From: a virus
Taxonomy: Duplodnaviria > Heunggongvirae > Uroviricota > Caudoviricetes
Strand: one strand, 5' to 3'
Virus record (IMG/VR): IMGVR_UViG_2541047688_000003
DNA: 14,076 nucleotides
Position numbers and translations under genes: made by a program. Under the pieces are notes generated by a model. It saw only the letters and a program-made list of their open reading frames with translations, did not search any database and was not told where the DNA came from. Within the stretch, counting starts at the first letter, position 1; each line of letters starts with the position of its first letter. This document shows positions 1 through 9,840 of this stretch, in pieces.

Positions 1-1143
1 CTATGCTGTTTTGATATCTACGATAATCCAGTCTTTACCACGATCATCATTGTATCGGTCGGTCATTTTTCTGGATTTATGACCTAACAACTTTTGCGTA
101 TCCAGACCCTGTTCCCGATATAACCGTTCTGACAGAGATCGCTGCTCATGAAATGTGGGCGCAGTTCCTGGCTCCCATTTTATGCCACATTTTTCCCTGG
201 CCTTTTTAAAAGCCGTTGTAAGAGTATTTGCAGACACCTGGTCTCCTCTGTTTGCTTGAGAGGTAGTGTGACGGTAATGGACCAGATATTTACTAACAAC
301 AGCATCCCTGCACTGAGATATAACTTCACGAAGGGTAATATTCAGAGCATCGCATTTCAGGTTAAGCGGAATAGCAAGTTTTGAACCGGTTTTTTCCTGA
401 GTAATGTGCAACATGTCGTCCCAGATATCAGAGAATTTCAAATTGCAGATATCGCCTAAACGTTGTCCAGTGACAAGAGCAAGTAGCATCCCGCATTTTA
501 AATAGGGCTGCCGTCTGCTTACGCTGTCAAATATTGCCTGCCATTCGGGCAGTGATAATCTTTGGCGGTTTACTCGATTTCGCGGTTGTTTTGTTGCCTG
601 CGCTGGGTTAAATCCTGGCGGAACATGTCCTGCGTGTTGTGCTTCTTTGAAGACGTCGATCAACACCATTCTCACGACTTGCGCCATCCTGTTATGACCT
701 TCAGCCTTTACAGCATCAATTATTTCGGCAATATCAAGTGCGGTAATATCCTTGAGGTGTTGCATTCCACAATGCTCACGGAAAAGACGAATGGGTTTGC
801 CTTTTTGCCGATAGGAGTTGGGTCTTAGTTCATTATGTTGCAGCCTGTCCTCCTGGATAGAAATATATTTATCAAGCCATTCTGTCACCGTAATGTCTGA
901 GCGCCTGCCTTTCATTCTTTCTAGACGCTCATTGACGCTTAATATTTGTCGGGTACGTTGTTCAGCAATAATGGTATTTGCTTCAGTAGCAACTTGTTTT
1001 GCTTCATTCTCATCAGTTCCTAAGCTATGAAAACGACCGGATAGTGGATGTTTGTATTGCCAATATACCTTTCCGGTTCGCTTATCTAATTTGCAATATA
1101 AATTGGGTATAGAGATTTTGTGAGATCGGGGTCTAGCAGCCAT
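1..1143 (-). CDS. int: Phage tyrosine integrase, lambda Int-like architecture (380 aa)
   Basis: Full ORF with ATG at 1141-1143 and TAG at 1-3. C-terminal catalytic region carries HxxR and LGHKSRKMTDRY (tyrosine nucleophile context). Overlapped at its 5' end by an excisionase-like gene, as in lambdoid phages. Sequence is not lambda Int itself. Confidence 0.9.
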   Translation of the reverse strand: MAARPRSHKISIPNLYCKLDKRTGKVYWQYKHPLSGRFHSLGTDENEAKQVATEANTIIAEQRTRQILSVNERLERMKGRRSDITVTEWLDKYISIQEDRLQHNELRPNSYRQKGKPIRLFREHCGMQHLKDITALDIAEIIDAVKAEGHNRMAQVVRMVLIDVFKEAQHAGHVPPGFNPAQATKQPRNRVNRQRLSLPEWQAIFDSVSRRQPYLKCGMLLALVTGQRLGDICNLKFSDIWDDMLHITQEKTGSKLAIPLNLKCDALNITLREVISQCRDAVVSKYLVHYRHTTSQANRGDQVSANTLTTAFKKAREKCGIKWEPGTAPTFHEQRSLSERLYREQGLDTQKLLGHKSRKMTDRYNDDRGKDWIIVDIKTA

Positions 1144-1369
1144 CAGCGATTATCCGTTGGAGTTTTGGGTTTGCGTTTATTGGGAGTTGCGGTTCTGCAA
1201 GCGTTCCTACAAAACGGGAATTTCGGTCAATCATCCAGTAGCGACCAACTTTTATAGCGGGTGGGGCCATCATTTTCCCTTGCGCGTATTTTTTCAGAAC
1301 TCGCTCACTTGGTGCTAAGTCCCCAAATTCTTCTTTAGCCCAGTCCTGTAAAGTGATTAGTCGAGACAT
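1133..1369 (-). CDS. xis: Excisionase-like small basic DNA-binding protein (78 aa)
   Basis: Strong RBS (GAGGAGG) 5 nt upstream of ATG at 1367-1369. Overlaps the int start by 11 nt. Motif APPAIKVGRYW resembles the lambda Xis PPPVKDGREY region. Confidence 0.75.
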   Translation of the reverse strand: MSRLITLQDWAKEEFGDLAPSERVLKKYAQGKMMAPPAIKVGRYWMIDRNSRFVGTLAEPQLPINANPKLQRIIADGC

Positions 1370-1508
1370 TTGTCCTCCTCTTAGCTGCTGAGGGAGTTTG
1401 TGACCGATATATCTGACATGATATTAAGCTCATGGCAGGTACATCTCTTGACTGGTCATAGAGATAAATTTAATGCTGAGAAATGCAGTATTGAATTTAT
1501 CAATTTTT

Positions 1509-1748
1509 CTATTTCCTGCGTATGGCACGTAACTTCTTAATGTGTTCTGCTGTTTCGATCTCTTCAGCTATCCGATCTGCGTCAGCTTTATTCACAGGTT
1601 CAAAGTCATGATTAAAGCGGAACATGCTGGCGATACATGTTCTGCCTTTTCGGATGTAGTGAACTTTGTTGTGAGTGGAACGCAGGATTTTGCAGGGAGT
1701 GCCGTGGTGGTCGACGTACCAGGTGTTAGGGTAAATCACTCTGAACAT
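1509..1748 (-). CDS. Hypothetical small phage protein (79 aa)
   Basis: ORF with ATG at 1746-1748, co-oriented and tightly packed in the leftward operon. Function not recognised. Confidence 0.5.
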   Translation of the reverse strand: MFRVIYPNTWYVDHHGTPCKILRSTHNKVHYIRKGRTCIASMFRFNHDFEPVNKADADRIAEEIETAEHIKKLRAIRRK

Positions 1749-1773
1749 TCTTGACCTTGTGTTGTGCGGATTG

Positions 1774-2058
1774 TTATTCAGTGCCGATATTTACCTTTAT
1801 CGCGTATACCTTTACCGGTTTATCACCGAAGTGCGGATGTGTGATTGTCTTCACTTCATATCCGTCATACGGAACATCAACTCTGCGGCTGGAATCGTCG
1901 CGCTTCGGATATCCCTTTGTGATAATCAGGCGGTCATGCTTACGGTTAACGAGGCGCTTTTTCCAGTAGTCATTACACAGGCGATACTCTTCCGTTTTCT
2001 CTCCGCGAATCATGGCATCGAAGTATTCACCTTTAACGGCAAGTTGCAGGTTAGCCAC
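1774..2058 (-). CDS. Hypothetical phage protein (about 94 aa, GTG start)
   Basis: GTG at 2056-2058 preceded by AAGGAG 6 nt upstream and located 2 nt after the upstream gene's stop. The longer ORF to 2142 would overlap the upstream gene by 92 nt. Confidence 0.5.
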   Translation of the reverse strand: MANLQLAVKGEYFDAMIRGEKTEEYRLCNDYWKKRLVNRKHDRLIITKGYPKRDDSSRRVDVPYDGYEVKTITHPHFGDKPVKVYAIKVNIGTE

Positions 2059-2791
2059 GGTTAACTCCTTGCTGTGTGGCGTCGAGTAATAAATCCCACA
2101 ACCGCTGAGAGCAATTTCCGCATGTACAGCGTTGACCCACAACGTTTATCGCGTTGCTGATTTCCGGCGTTACCTGTTTAGGAACCATAACCCAACCATC
2201 CGGAGTTACCGGAAGCGAGAACGGCAGCACATCTCTGTGAACAAGTTTTTGCTGTGACAGGTTATCCAGAACTTTCTGTACTGCTGCATCACCGAATACA
2301 CCAAGCGCATCTGCCATAACTCCTACAACCTGATAAGCCTCAGCGCATACCGTGGATAAACCATCCGGAATTACCGGAGAGTTGCCGGGTTCTTTAATGT
2401 GCAAGCGAGGCTCACCATCTTTTGGCTCAGGCCACTGGCGCTCCATGTTGATCTTCAATTTATCTTCCATAGCAACGGTAATTTCAGCATCGCTGATGCC
2501 AGCACGGCGCTGTGCATCCCACAACAGAAACTGCATATCAGCCCACTCGCTAAGATCGTCTGGTTCGGCTGCGGCTTCCAGTGCCTCTTTTGAGAGGTGT
2601 TTCAGTGGACCAATGGGGCCAACGCAGCCAAATGTGGAGTCAGACCATTTGGCATGCTCGTGGCGAATCTGTTCGCGTTCCAGTGATGCCAGTGCAATTC
2701 GTGCTAGTTCCATTTGTTCGCCACGAGTAAGCCCGTTTTCAAGCGGATTTTTAATGAACAATTCAATACGTTCTTTGGTAATAGTGGTCAT
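2051..2791 (-). CDS. Phage accessory protein (246 aa); N-terminal region recalled as DUF550/MazG-like nucleotide pyrophosphohydrolase-type, C-terminal module with PVxPDG motifs
   Basis: ATG at 2789-2791 with GAGGA RBS, ATGA overlap with the upstream gene's stop. Domain assignment is from memory of prophage protein families and is unverified. Confidence 0.7.
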   Translation of the reverse strand: MTTITKERIELFIKNPLENGLTRGEQMELARIALASLEREQIRHEHAKWSDSTFGCVGPIGPLKHLSKEALEAAAEPDDLSEWADMQFLLWDAQRRAGISDAEITVAMEDKLKINMERQWPEPKDGEPRLHIKEPGNSPVIPDGLSTVCAEAYQVVGVMADALGVFGDAAVQKVLDNLSQQKLVHRDVLPFSLPVTPDGWVMVPKQVTPEISNAINVVGQRCTCGNCSQRLWDLLLDATQQGVNRG

Positions 2792-2997
2792 GTGTTAATC
2801 CTCAAAACTTTATGCCCGGGCGCAAAAGTACGTGTTTTGTCTTTGCTTATTCGCCACCCGTCTTTACGGGCCTCTTTTGCACAACCAGACCATGACGTAC
2901 CGATATACTCACCGAAGTCTGGCACTGGATATACACCTTCCGTACACTGGCGACAATCACAATAGAGATGCATGGTGTAACTTGCGGCAATAGCCAT
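2788..2997 (-). CDS. Small Cys/His-rich putative zinc-binding protein (about 69 aa)
   Basis: Internal ATG at 2995-2997 sits 3 nt after the upstream gene's TGA with a purine-rich RBS. HLYCDCRQC and SWSGC motifs. Alternative start at 3039 would overlap the upstream gene by 41 nt. Confidence 0.5.
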   Translation of the reverse strand: MAIAASYTMHLYCDCRQCTEGVYPVPDFGEYIGTSWSGCAKEARKDGWRISKDKTRTFAPGHKVLRINT

Positions 2998-2998
2998 A

Positions 2999-3532
2999 TC
3001 ACTCTCTTTTTCCCTGAAGCATGGCAGCGTGGCAGGCATCCTCTACGCCCTTAACTGCATCTGCGCAGTAGTTATAGCGATTGCATTCCACTAACTTCTG
3101 CCTGAGATTTTCAATTGCTTGCGCGACATCAGCCTGTATTACAGGAACTGGCGGAACGGCTGTCTGCTGCTCTCGAACGTCATTAGTCGCTATCGGTTCT
3201 GCTGCCAACTGACTGGCATATTTGTTAATGGTAACGATAAGCTCTTGCTCAGCCTCATCCAGACAATCACCGATACCTCGCCTGTCGCCGTCAAAATCAT
3301 CGAAATCAGCACGAACTCTGGCAAATTTCAGGATTGCGGACAACACCTCACCAGGAATTACCGGAGAGTTGGTTGACGTTTCCGAAATTTCCCGAAAATT
3401 ATTGGTTGACGAATTCGCGTTTTCCCGAAAGTTTCCGGCATGAAGCATAGCCGCGCGGCAGGCGTTCCAGCCTCTCACCTCTGCAATAGCGGCAACAGCA
3501 TCGACCGCGTACATGCTAAGAGGGTTAGGCAT
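2999..3532 (-). CDS. Phage accessory protein with low-complexity in-frame tandem repeat (about 177 aa; start uncertain)
   Basis: Long minus-strand ORF. Candidate starts are ATG 3530-3532, GTG 3557-3559 and TTG 3605-3607 (the ORF-track start). Contains the NSPVIPGE motif shared with the neighbouring gene. Confidence 0.55.
   Translation of the reverse strand: MPNPLSMYAVDAVAAIAEVRGWNACRAAMLHAGNFRENANSSTNNFREISETSTNSPVIPGEVLSAILKFARVRADFDDFDGDRRGIGDCLDEAEQELIVTINKYASQLAAEPIATNDVREQQTAVPPVPVIQADVAQAIENLRQKLVECNRYNYCADAVKGVEDACHAAMLQGKRE
3371..3430 (-). repeat. Imperfect tandem direct repeat (about 30 nt, 2 copies), in-frame within a CDS
   Basis: ggttgacgtttccgaaatttcccgaaa followed by ttggttgacgaattcgcgttttcccgaaa. 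Encodes FRENANSSTNN / FREISETSTNS on the minus strand. Confidence 0.6.
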
Positions 3533-3549
3533 TGGTTTTTCTTCAGGTA

Positions 3550-3804
3550 CTACTGGCACTGGCTTGGCATATATAGCGGCTGAACATACCAACCCTTTGA
3601 TAACCAACTGTCAGCAATGTTTTTACTCCTCGTTATTGCCGGAATACCTAAGCCATTGTCTGAATGCAGCCATGCCACCGGATTCTCTTCCAGCGATGCC
3701 AGAGCAATTTCATAAGCCCGGCGCTCAACATTGTCTCGCACATCCAAACTGCTGATACGCTCTTTGATTTCTTTAATCAGTTCTTTGTCGGTAAAAGTGC
3801 TCAT
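3550..3804 (-). CDS. Hypothetical phage protein (84 aa) sharing an IALASLE module with the 246-aa protein
   Basis: ATG at 3802-3804 preceded by GGAG with a 7-nt spacer, 1 nt after the upstream TGA. The longer track ORF to 3825 overlaps the upstream gene. Confidence 0.6.
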   Translation of the reverse strand: MSTFTDKELIKEIKERISSLDVRDNVERRAYEIALASLEENPVAWLHSDNGLGIPAITRSKNIADSWLSKGWYVQPLYMPSQCQ

Positions 3805-3805
3805 A

Positions 3806-4570
3806 TCAATCTCCATTGGTATCAATGTTTACAGCCTGACAAGACTCTTTGAGCACCCAGTCAATAGCGTCTTTCCATGCCTCTGTTTCGACTGGTGGAT
3901 TTTCACGCTTAACCTGTTCATAGAAGCGCACTGCTTTAACCAGTCCTTCCGGTACTACTGGTGATGGCTGTTTAGCTTCTAAATCAGCAATTCTGTCAAC
4001 CACGGCATCGACAGCATCTGAAAAGCCGAACCAGTTGCTCCACTCCGGCTCATCCCCGGTTGCTGCAAAGTACATATCTGCTAAAGCAGATTCAGCATGG
4101 TCACGCTCGTTAATGAGTTGCTCTTCGCTTTTCTCCAGTTCAGCAATACGCTTACCCCCATCCGAGATAACACCTTCGTAATACTCACGCTGCTCGTTGA
4201 GTTTTGATTTTGTCTCCTCAAGCTCAACTCTCAGCTTCCCAACAGTAAGAGCAATATCCTCGTTCTCCTGGTCGCGGCGTTTTATGTATTGCTGGTTTCT
4301 TTCCCGTTCATCCAGCAGTGCCAGCACAGTAGCCGGATTGGCTGCGGCGATGAATTCAGCATTGGCCTGCTGTTCCATTTGGAAATCTTCATCGAAACCG
4401 CTTTCTGGATGCGCTCCTTCAATTCTGCAAATGGGAATATATCCAGCAACTTCACGATGAATTAGCGCATAATCACCATCAAATCGGCTCTCTCCATATT
4501 CGAGCGACCACTCACCACACGTTGCTTTTTCTGCCGCTTCACGCAGTGCCTGATAGTTAATTTCGCTCAC
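3806..4570 (-). CDS. Ead/Ea22-like protein (254 aa) with central coiled-coil-like region
   Basis: GTG start at 4568-4570 overlaps the upstream stop (GTGA) with GAGAGG RBS. N-terminus QALREAAEKAT...NAEFIAAANPATVLALLD matches my recollection of the Ead/Ea22-like family. Charged heptad-like middle region. Confidence 0.75.
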   Translation of the reverse strand: MSEINYQALREAAEKATCGEWSLEYGESRFDGDYALIHREVAGYIPICRIEGAHPESGFDEDFQMEQQANAEFIAAANPATVLALLDERERNQQYIKRRDQENEDIALTVGKLRVELEETKSKLNEQREYYEGVISDGGKRIAELEKSEEQLINERDHAESALADMYFAATGDEPEWSNWFGFSDAVDAVVDRIADLEAKQPSPVVPEGLVKAVRFYEQVKRENPPVETEAWKDAIDWVLKESCQAVNIDTNGD

Positions 4571-4788
4571 TTCGAACCTCTCTGTTTACTGATAAGCTCC
4601 AGATCCTCCTGGCAACTTGCACAAGTCCGACAACCCTGAACGACCAGGCGTCTTCGTTCATCTATGGGATCGCCACACTCACAACAATGAGTGGCGGATA
4701 TAGTCTGGTAGTTCAGACGACGCATTTTTATTGCTGTATTGCGCTGTAATTCTTCAATTTCTGATGCTGAATCAATGATGTCCGCCAT
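4567..4788 (-). CDS. TraR/DksA-family C4 zinc-finger protein (73 aa), lambda Orf73-like
   Basis: CCECGDPIDERRRLVVQGCRTCASC gives a CxxC...CxxC C4 finger with the conserved spacing of the TraR/DksA family. Size and position match the TraR homologue recalled in lambda's early-left operon. Confidence 0.75.
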   Translation of the reverse strand: MADIIDSASEIEELQRNTAIKMRRLNYQTISATHCCECGDPIDERRRLVVQGCRTCASCQEDLELISKQRGSK

Positions 4789-4837
4789 CTTTCATTAATC
4801 CCTGAATTGTTGGTTAATACGCTTGAGGGTGAATGCG

Positions 4838-4865
4838 AATAATAAAAAAGGAGCCTGTAGCTCCC
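4838..4865 (-). terminator. Candidate intrinsic terminator or attenuator inside the leftward operon
   Basis: On the minus strand: GGAGC-UACAG-GCUCC stem-loop (plus coordinates 4850-4864) followed by UUUUUUAUUAUU (4838-4849). Stem is short (5-6 bp). Confidence 0.35.
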
Positions 4866-4886
4866 TGATGATTTTGCTTTTCATGT

Positions 4887-5168
4887 TCACCGTTCCTTAA
4901 AGACGCCGTTTAACATGCCGATCGCCAGGCTTAAATGAGTCGGTGTGAATCCCATCAGCGTTACCGTTTCGCGGTGCTTCTTTAGTACGCTACGGCAAAT
5001 GTCATCGACGTTTTTATCCGGAAACTGCTGTCTGGCTTTTTTGATTTCAGAATTAGCCTGACGGGCAATGCTGCGAAGGGCGTTTTCTTGCTGAGGTGTC
5101 ACTGAACAAGCCCCATGTCGGCAAGCATAAGCACACAGAATATGAAGCCCGCTGCCAGAAAAATGCAT
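4887..5168 (-). CDS. Hypothetical phage protein (93 aa as drawn; true start uncertain)
   Basis: ORF with ATG at 5166-5168 but poor RBS. An internal GTG at 5100-5102 overlaps the stop of a 27-codon upstream ORF (see findings). Confidence 0.45.
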   Translation of the reverse strand: MHFSGSGLHILCAYACRHGACSVTPQQENALRSIARQANSEIKKARQQFPDKNVDDICRSVLKKHRETVTLMGFTPTHLSLAIGMLNGVFKER

Positions 5169-5178
5169 TCAGTGGTTG

Positions 5179-5370
5179 TCATACCTGGTCTCTCTCATCT
5201 GCTTCTGCTTTCGCCACCATCATTTCCAGCTTTTGTGAAAGGGATGTGGCTAACGTATGAAATTCTTCGTCTGTTTCTACTGGTATTGGCACAAACCTGA
5301 CTCCAATTTGAGCAAGGCTATGTGCCATCTCAATACTCGTTCTTAACTCAACAGGAGATGCTTTGTGCAT
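5179..5370 (-). CDS. orf63: Lambda Orf63-like protein (63 aa)
   Basis: 63-codon ORF immediately downstream of orf60a in the same order as recalled for lambda. Identity from memory, unverified. Confidence 0.6.
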   Translation of the reverse strand: MHKASPVELRTSIEMAHSLAQIGVRFVPIPVETDEEFHTLATSLSQKLEMMVAKAEADERDQV

Positions 5371-5525
5371 ACCGCCTCCCGTTTATTATTTATCTTCTCA
5401 GCCAGCCGCTGTGCTTTCAGTGGATTTCTGATAACAGAAAGGCCGGGAAATACCCAGCCTCGCTTTGTAACGGAGTAGACGAAAGTGATCGCGCCTACCC
5501 GGATATTATCGTGAGGATGCGTCAT
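5343..5525 (-). CDS. orf60a: Lambda Orf60a-like protein (60 aa)
   Basis: ATG at 5523-5525 overlaps the exo stop (ATGA). Sequence [29 protein letters not shown] matches my recollection of lambda orf60a. Confidence 0.6.
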   Translation of the reverse strand: MTHPHDNIRVGAITFVYSVTKRGWVFPGLSVIRNPLKAQRLAEKINNKREAVCTKHLLLS

Positions 5526-6202
5526 CGCCATTGCTCCCCAAATACAAAACTAATTTCAGCCAGTGCCTCGTCCATTTTTTCGATGAACTCCGGCACCATC
5601 TCGTCAAAACTCGCCATGTACTTTTCATCCCGCTCAACCACGACATAATGCAGTCCTTCACGCTTCATACGCGGGTCATAGTTGGCAAAGTACCAGGCAT
5701 CTTTTCGCGTCACCCACATGCTGTACTGCACCTGGGCCATGTAAGCCGATTTTATGGCCTCGAAACCACCGAGCCGGAACTTCATGAAATCCCGGGAGGT
5801 AAACGGGCATTTCAGCTCAAGGCCGTTGCCGTCACTGCATAAACCATCGGGAGAGCAGGCGGTGCGCATACTTTCGTCGCGATAGATGATCGGGGATTCA
5901 GTAACATTCACGCCGGAAGTAAACTCAAACAGGGCTCTGGCGTCGTTCTCGTACTGTTTTCCCCAAGCCAGCGCCTTAGCGTTAACTTCCGGAGCCACAC
6001 CGGTGCAAACCTCAGCAAGCAGGGTGTGGAAGTAGGACATTTTCATGTCAGGCCATTTCTTTCCGGAGCGGGGTTTTGCTATCACGTTGTGAACTTCTGA
6101 AGCGGTGATGACGCCGAGCCGTAATTTGTGCCATGCATCATCCCCCTGTTCGACAGCTCTCACGTCGATCCCGGTACGCTGCAGGATAATGTCCGGTGTC
6201 AT
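5522..6202 (-). CDS. exo: Lambda exonuclease (Red alpha), 226 aa
   Basis: Translation [40 protein letters not shown]...GFVFGEQWR is essentially lambda Exo by recall. ATGA overlap with bet as in lambda. Confidence 0.97.
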   Translation of the reverse strand: MTPDIILQRTGIDVRAVEQGDDAWHKLRLGVITASEVHNVIAKPRSGKKWPDMKMSYFHTLLAEVCTGVAPEVNAKALAWGKQYENDARALFEFTSGVNVTESPIIYRDESMRTACSPDGLCSDGNGLELKCPFTSRDFMKFRLGGFEAIKSAYMAQVQYSMWVTRKDAWYFANYDPRMKREGLHYVVVERDEKYMASFDEMVPEFIEKMDEALAEISFVFGEQWR

Positions 6203-6984
6203 GCTGCCACCTTCTGCTCAGTGGCTTTCTGTTTCAGGAATCCAAGAGCTTTCACTGCTTCGGCCTGTGTCAGTTCTGACGATGCGCGAATGTCGCGGCG
6301 AAATATCTGGGAACAGAGCGGCAATAAGTCGTCATCCCATGTTTTATCCAGGGCGATCAGCAGAGTGTTAATCTCCTGCATGGTTTCATCGTTAACCGGA
6401 GTGATGTCGCGTTCCGGCTGACGTTCTGCAGTGTATGCGGTATTTTCGACAATGCGCTCGGCTTCATCCTTGTCATAGATACCAGCAAATCCGAAGGCGA
6501 GACGGGCACACTGAATCATGGCTTTATGCCGTAACATCCGTTTGGGATGCGACTGCCACGGCCCCGTGATTTCTCTGCCTTCGCGGGTTTTGAATGGTTC
6601 GCGGCGGCATTCATCCATCCACTCGGTAACGCAGATCGGATGATTGCGGTCTTTGCGGTAAATCCGGCATGTACATGATTCATTGTCCTGCTCAAAGTCC
6701 ATACCATCAAACTGCTGGTTTTCATTGATGATGCGGGACCAGCCATCAACGCCCACCACCGGAACAATGCCGTTCTGCTTATCAGGGAAGGCGTAAATTT
6801 CTTTCGTCCACGGATTAAGGCCGTACTGGTTGGCGACGATCAACAATGCGATGAACTGCGCATCGCTGGCATCACCTTTAAATGCCGTCTGGCGAAGAGT
6901 GGTGATCAGTTCCTGTGGGTCGACAGAATCCATGCCGACACGTTCAGCCAGCTTCCCTGCCAGCGTTGCGAGTGCTGTACTCAT
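6199..6984 (-). CDS. bet: Lambda Bet (Red beta single-strand annealing protein), 261 aa
   Basis: Translation [44 protein letters not shown]... is essentially lambda Bet by recall. Confidence 0.97.
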   Translation of the reverse strand: MSTALATLAGKLAERVGMDSVDPQELITTLRQTAFKGDASDAQFIALLIVANQYGLNPWTKEIYAFPDKQNGIVPVVGVDGWSRIINENQQFDGMDFEQDNESCTCRIYRKDRNHPICVTEWMDECRREPFKTREGREITGPWQSHPKRMLRHKAMIQCARLAFGFAGIYDKDEAERIVENTAYTAERQPERDITPVNDETMQEINTLLIALDKTWDDDLLPLCSQIFRRDIRASSELTQAEAVKALGFLKQKATEQKVAA

Positions 6985-6989
6985 CCGTT

Positions 6990-7286
6990 TTATACCTCTG
7001 AATCAATATCAGCCTGATGGTGAGCAATGGTTTCAACTATGTACCGGATGTGTTCTGCCATGCGCTCCTGAAACTCAACATCGTCATCAAACGCACGGGT
7101 AATGGCTTTTTTGCTGGCCCCGTGGCGTTGTAAATGATCGATGCATAGCGATTCAAACAGGTGCTGGGGCAGGCCTTTTTCCATGTCGTCTGCCAGTTCT
7201 GCCTCTTTCTCTTCACGGGCGATCTGCTGGTAGTGACGCGCCCAGCTCTGAGCCTCAAGACGATCCTGAATGTAATAAGCGTTCAT
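6990..7286 (-). CDS. gam: Gam, short form (GamS-type RecBCD inhibitor), 98 aa
   Basis: [21 protein letters not shown]...[10 protein letters not shown] matches the C-terminal 98 aa of lambda Gam. Own RBS CAGGAG upstream. The N-terminal extension coding sequence is present but out of frame (see findings). Confidence 0.93.
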   Translation of the reverse strand: MNAYYIQDRLEAQSWARHYQQIAREEKEAELADDMEKGLPQHLFESLCIDHLQRHGASKKAITRAFDDDVEFQERMAEHIRYIVETIAHHQADIDSEV

Positions 7287-7361
7287 GGCTGAACTCCTGA
7301 AAATGGCTGTGAAAATATCGCCCGCGAAATGCCAGGCTGATTAGGAAAACAGGAAAGGGGG

Positions 7362-7505
7362 TTAGTGAATGCTTTTGCTTGATCTCAGTTTCAGTATTAA
7401 TATCCATTTTTTATAAGCGTCGACGGCCTCACGAAACATCTTTTCATCGCCAATAAAAGTGGCGATAGTGAATTTAGTCTGGATAGCCATAATTGTTTGA
7501 TCCAT
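7362..7505 (-). CDS. kil: Kil (host cell-division inhibitor), 47 aa
   Basis: Internal ATG at 7503-7505 with [55 protein letters not shown] matches lambda Kil by recall. Overlaps the cIII 3' end as in lambda. Confidence 0.85.
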   Translation of the reverse strand: MDQTIMAIQTKFTIATFIGDEKMFREAVDAYKKWILILKLRSSKSIH

Positions 7506-7638
7506 TTTTTGGGACTCCTGGCTGATTAAGTATGTCGATAAGGCGTTTCCATCCGTCACGTAATTTACGGGTGATTCGTTCAAGTAAAGATTCGGAAGGG
7601 CAGCCAGCAACAGGCCACCCTGCAATGGCATATTGCAT
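7474..7638 (-). CDS. cIII: CIII (FtsH/HflB protease inhibitor), 54 aa
   Basis: ATG at 7636-7638 with AAGGAG RBS 6 nt upstream. [54 protein letters not shown] matches lambda CIII by recall. Confidence 0.85.
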   Translation of the reverse strand: MQYAIAGWPVAGCPSESLLERITRKLRDGWKRLIDILNQPGVPKNGSNNYGYPD

Positions 7639-7752
7639 GGTGTGCTCCTTATTTATACATAACGAAAAACGCCTCGAGTTGAAGTGGTTTACTGAATTTG
7701 GCCACCTGAACAGAGGTGATATGCTCACCTCAGAACAACACAGGTGCCATAA

Positions 7753-7795
7753 TGTCAACGCCACGATGTTTGACCGTTATTTGCCATTTTCATGC
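7753..7795. repeat. IS21 terminal inverted repeat (istB-proximal end)
   Basis: tgtcaacgccacgatgtttgaccgttatttgccatttt aligns, with one gap, to the reverse complement of the other end. Confidence 0.7.
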
Positions 7796-7812
7796 CCGCT
7801 AAGATACTTTCG

Positions 7813-9782
<1,970 letters not shown>

Positions 9783-9840
9783 GTTGATGTCCTTTCTGGT
9801 GTGAGAACCTTAAGGAAACAACATGTTGGGTGGAGCGGAC

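Noticed and set aside
148-1030. Plus-strand ORFs 148-384, 562-828 and 818-1030
   Set aside because: They lie entirely antisense within the well-supported integrase gene and have no RBS or recognisable motifs.
1386-1508. Possible sigma70 promoter in the xis upstream intergenic region
   Set aside because: The only hexamer pair with reasonable spacing (TTGACT, 17 nt, TAATGC) is on the plus strand, antisense to the operon, and is weak.
1774-2142. Longer 122-aa version of the ORF ending at 1774
   Set aside because: It would overlap the upstream gene by 92 nt. A GTG with AAGGAG RBS just after the upstream stop is a better start.
1-7752. Possibility that the left part is phage lambda itself or a lambda-derived cloning vector
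   Set aside because: Bet, Exo, Gam, Kil and CIII match lambda, but int, xis and the accessory genes differ from lambda as I recall it, and the N/cI region is absent. A natural lambdoid prophage remnant is more consistent.
7362-7764. Extended 89-aa and 96-aa ORFs containing kil and cIII
   Set aside because: The internal ATGs with good RBSs give proteins matching lambda Kil (47 aa) and CIII (54 aa). The 96-aa ORF start lies inside the IS21 terminus.
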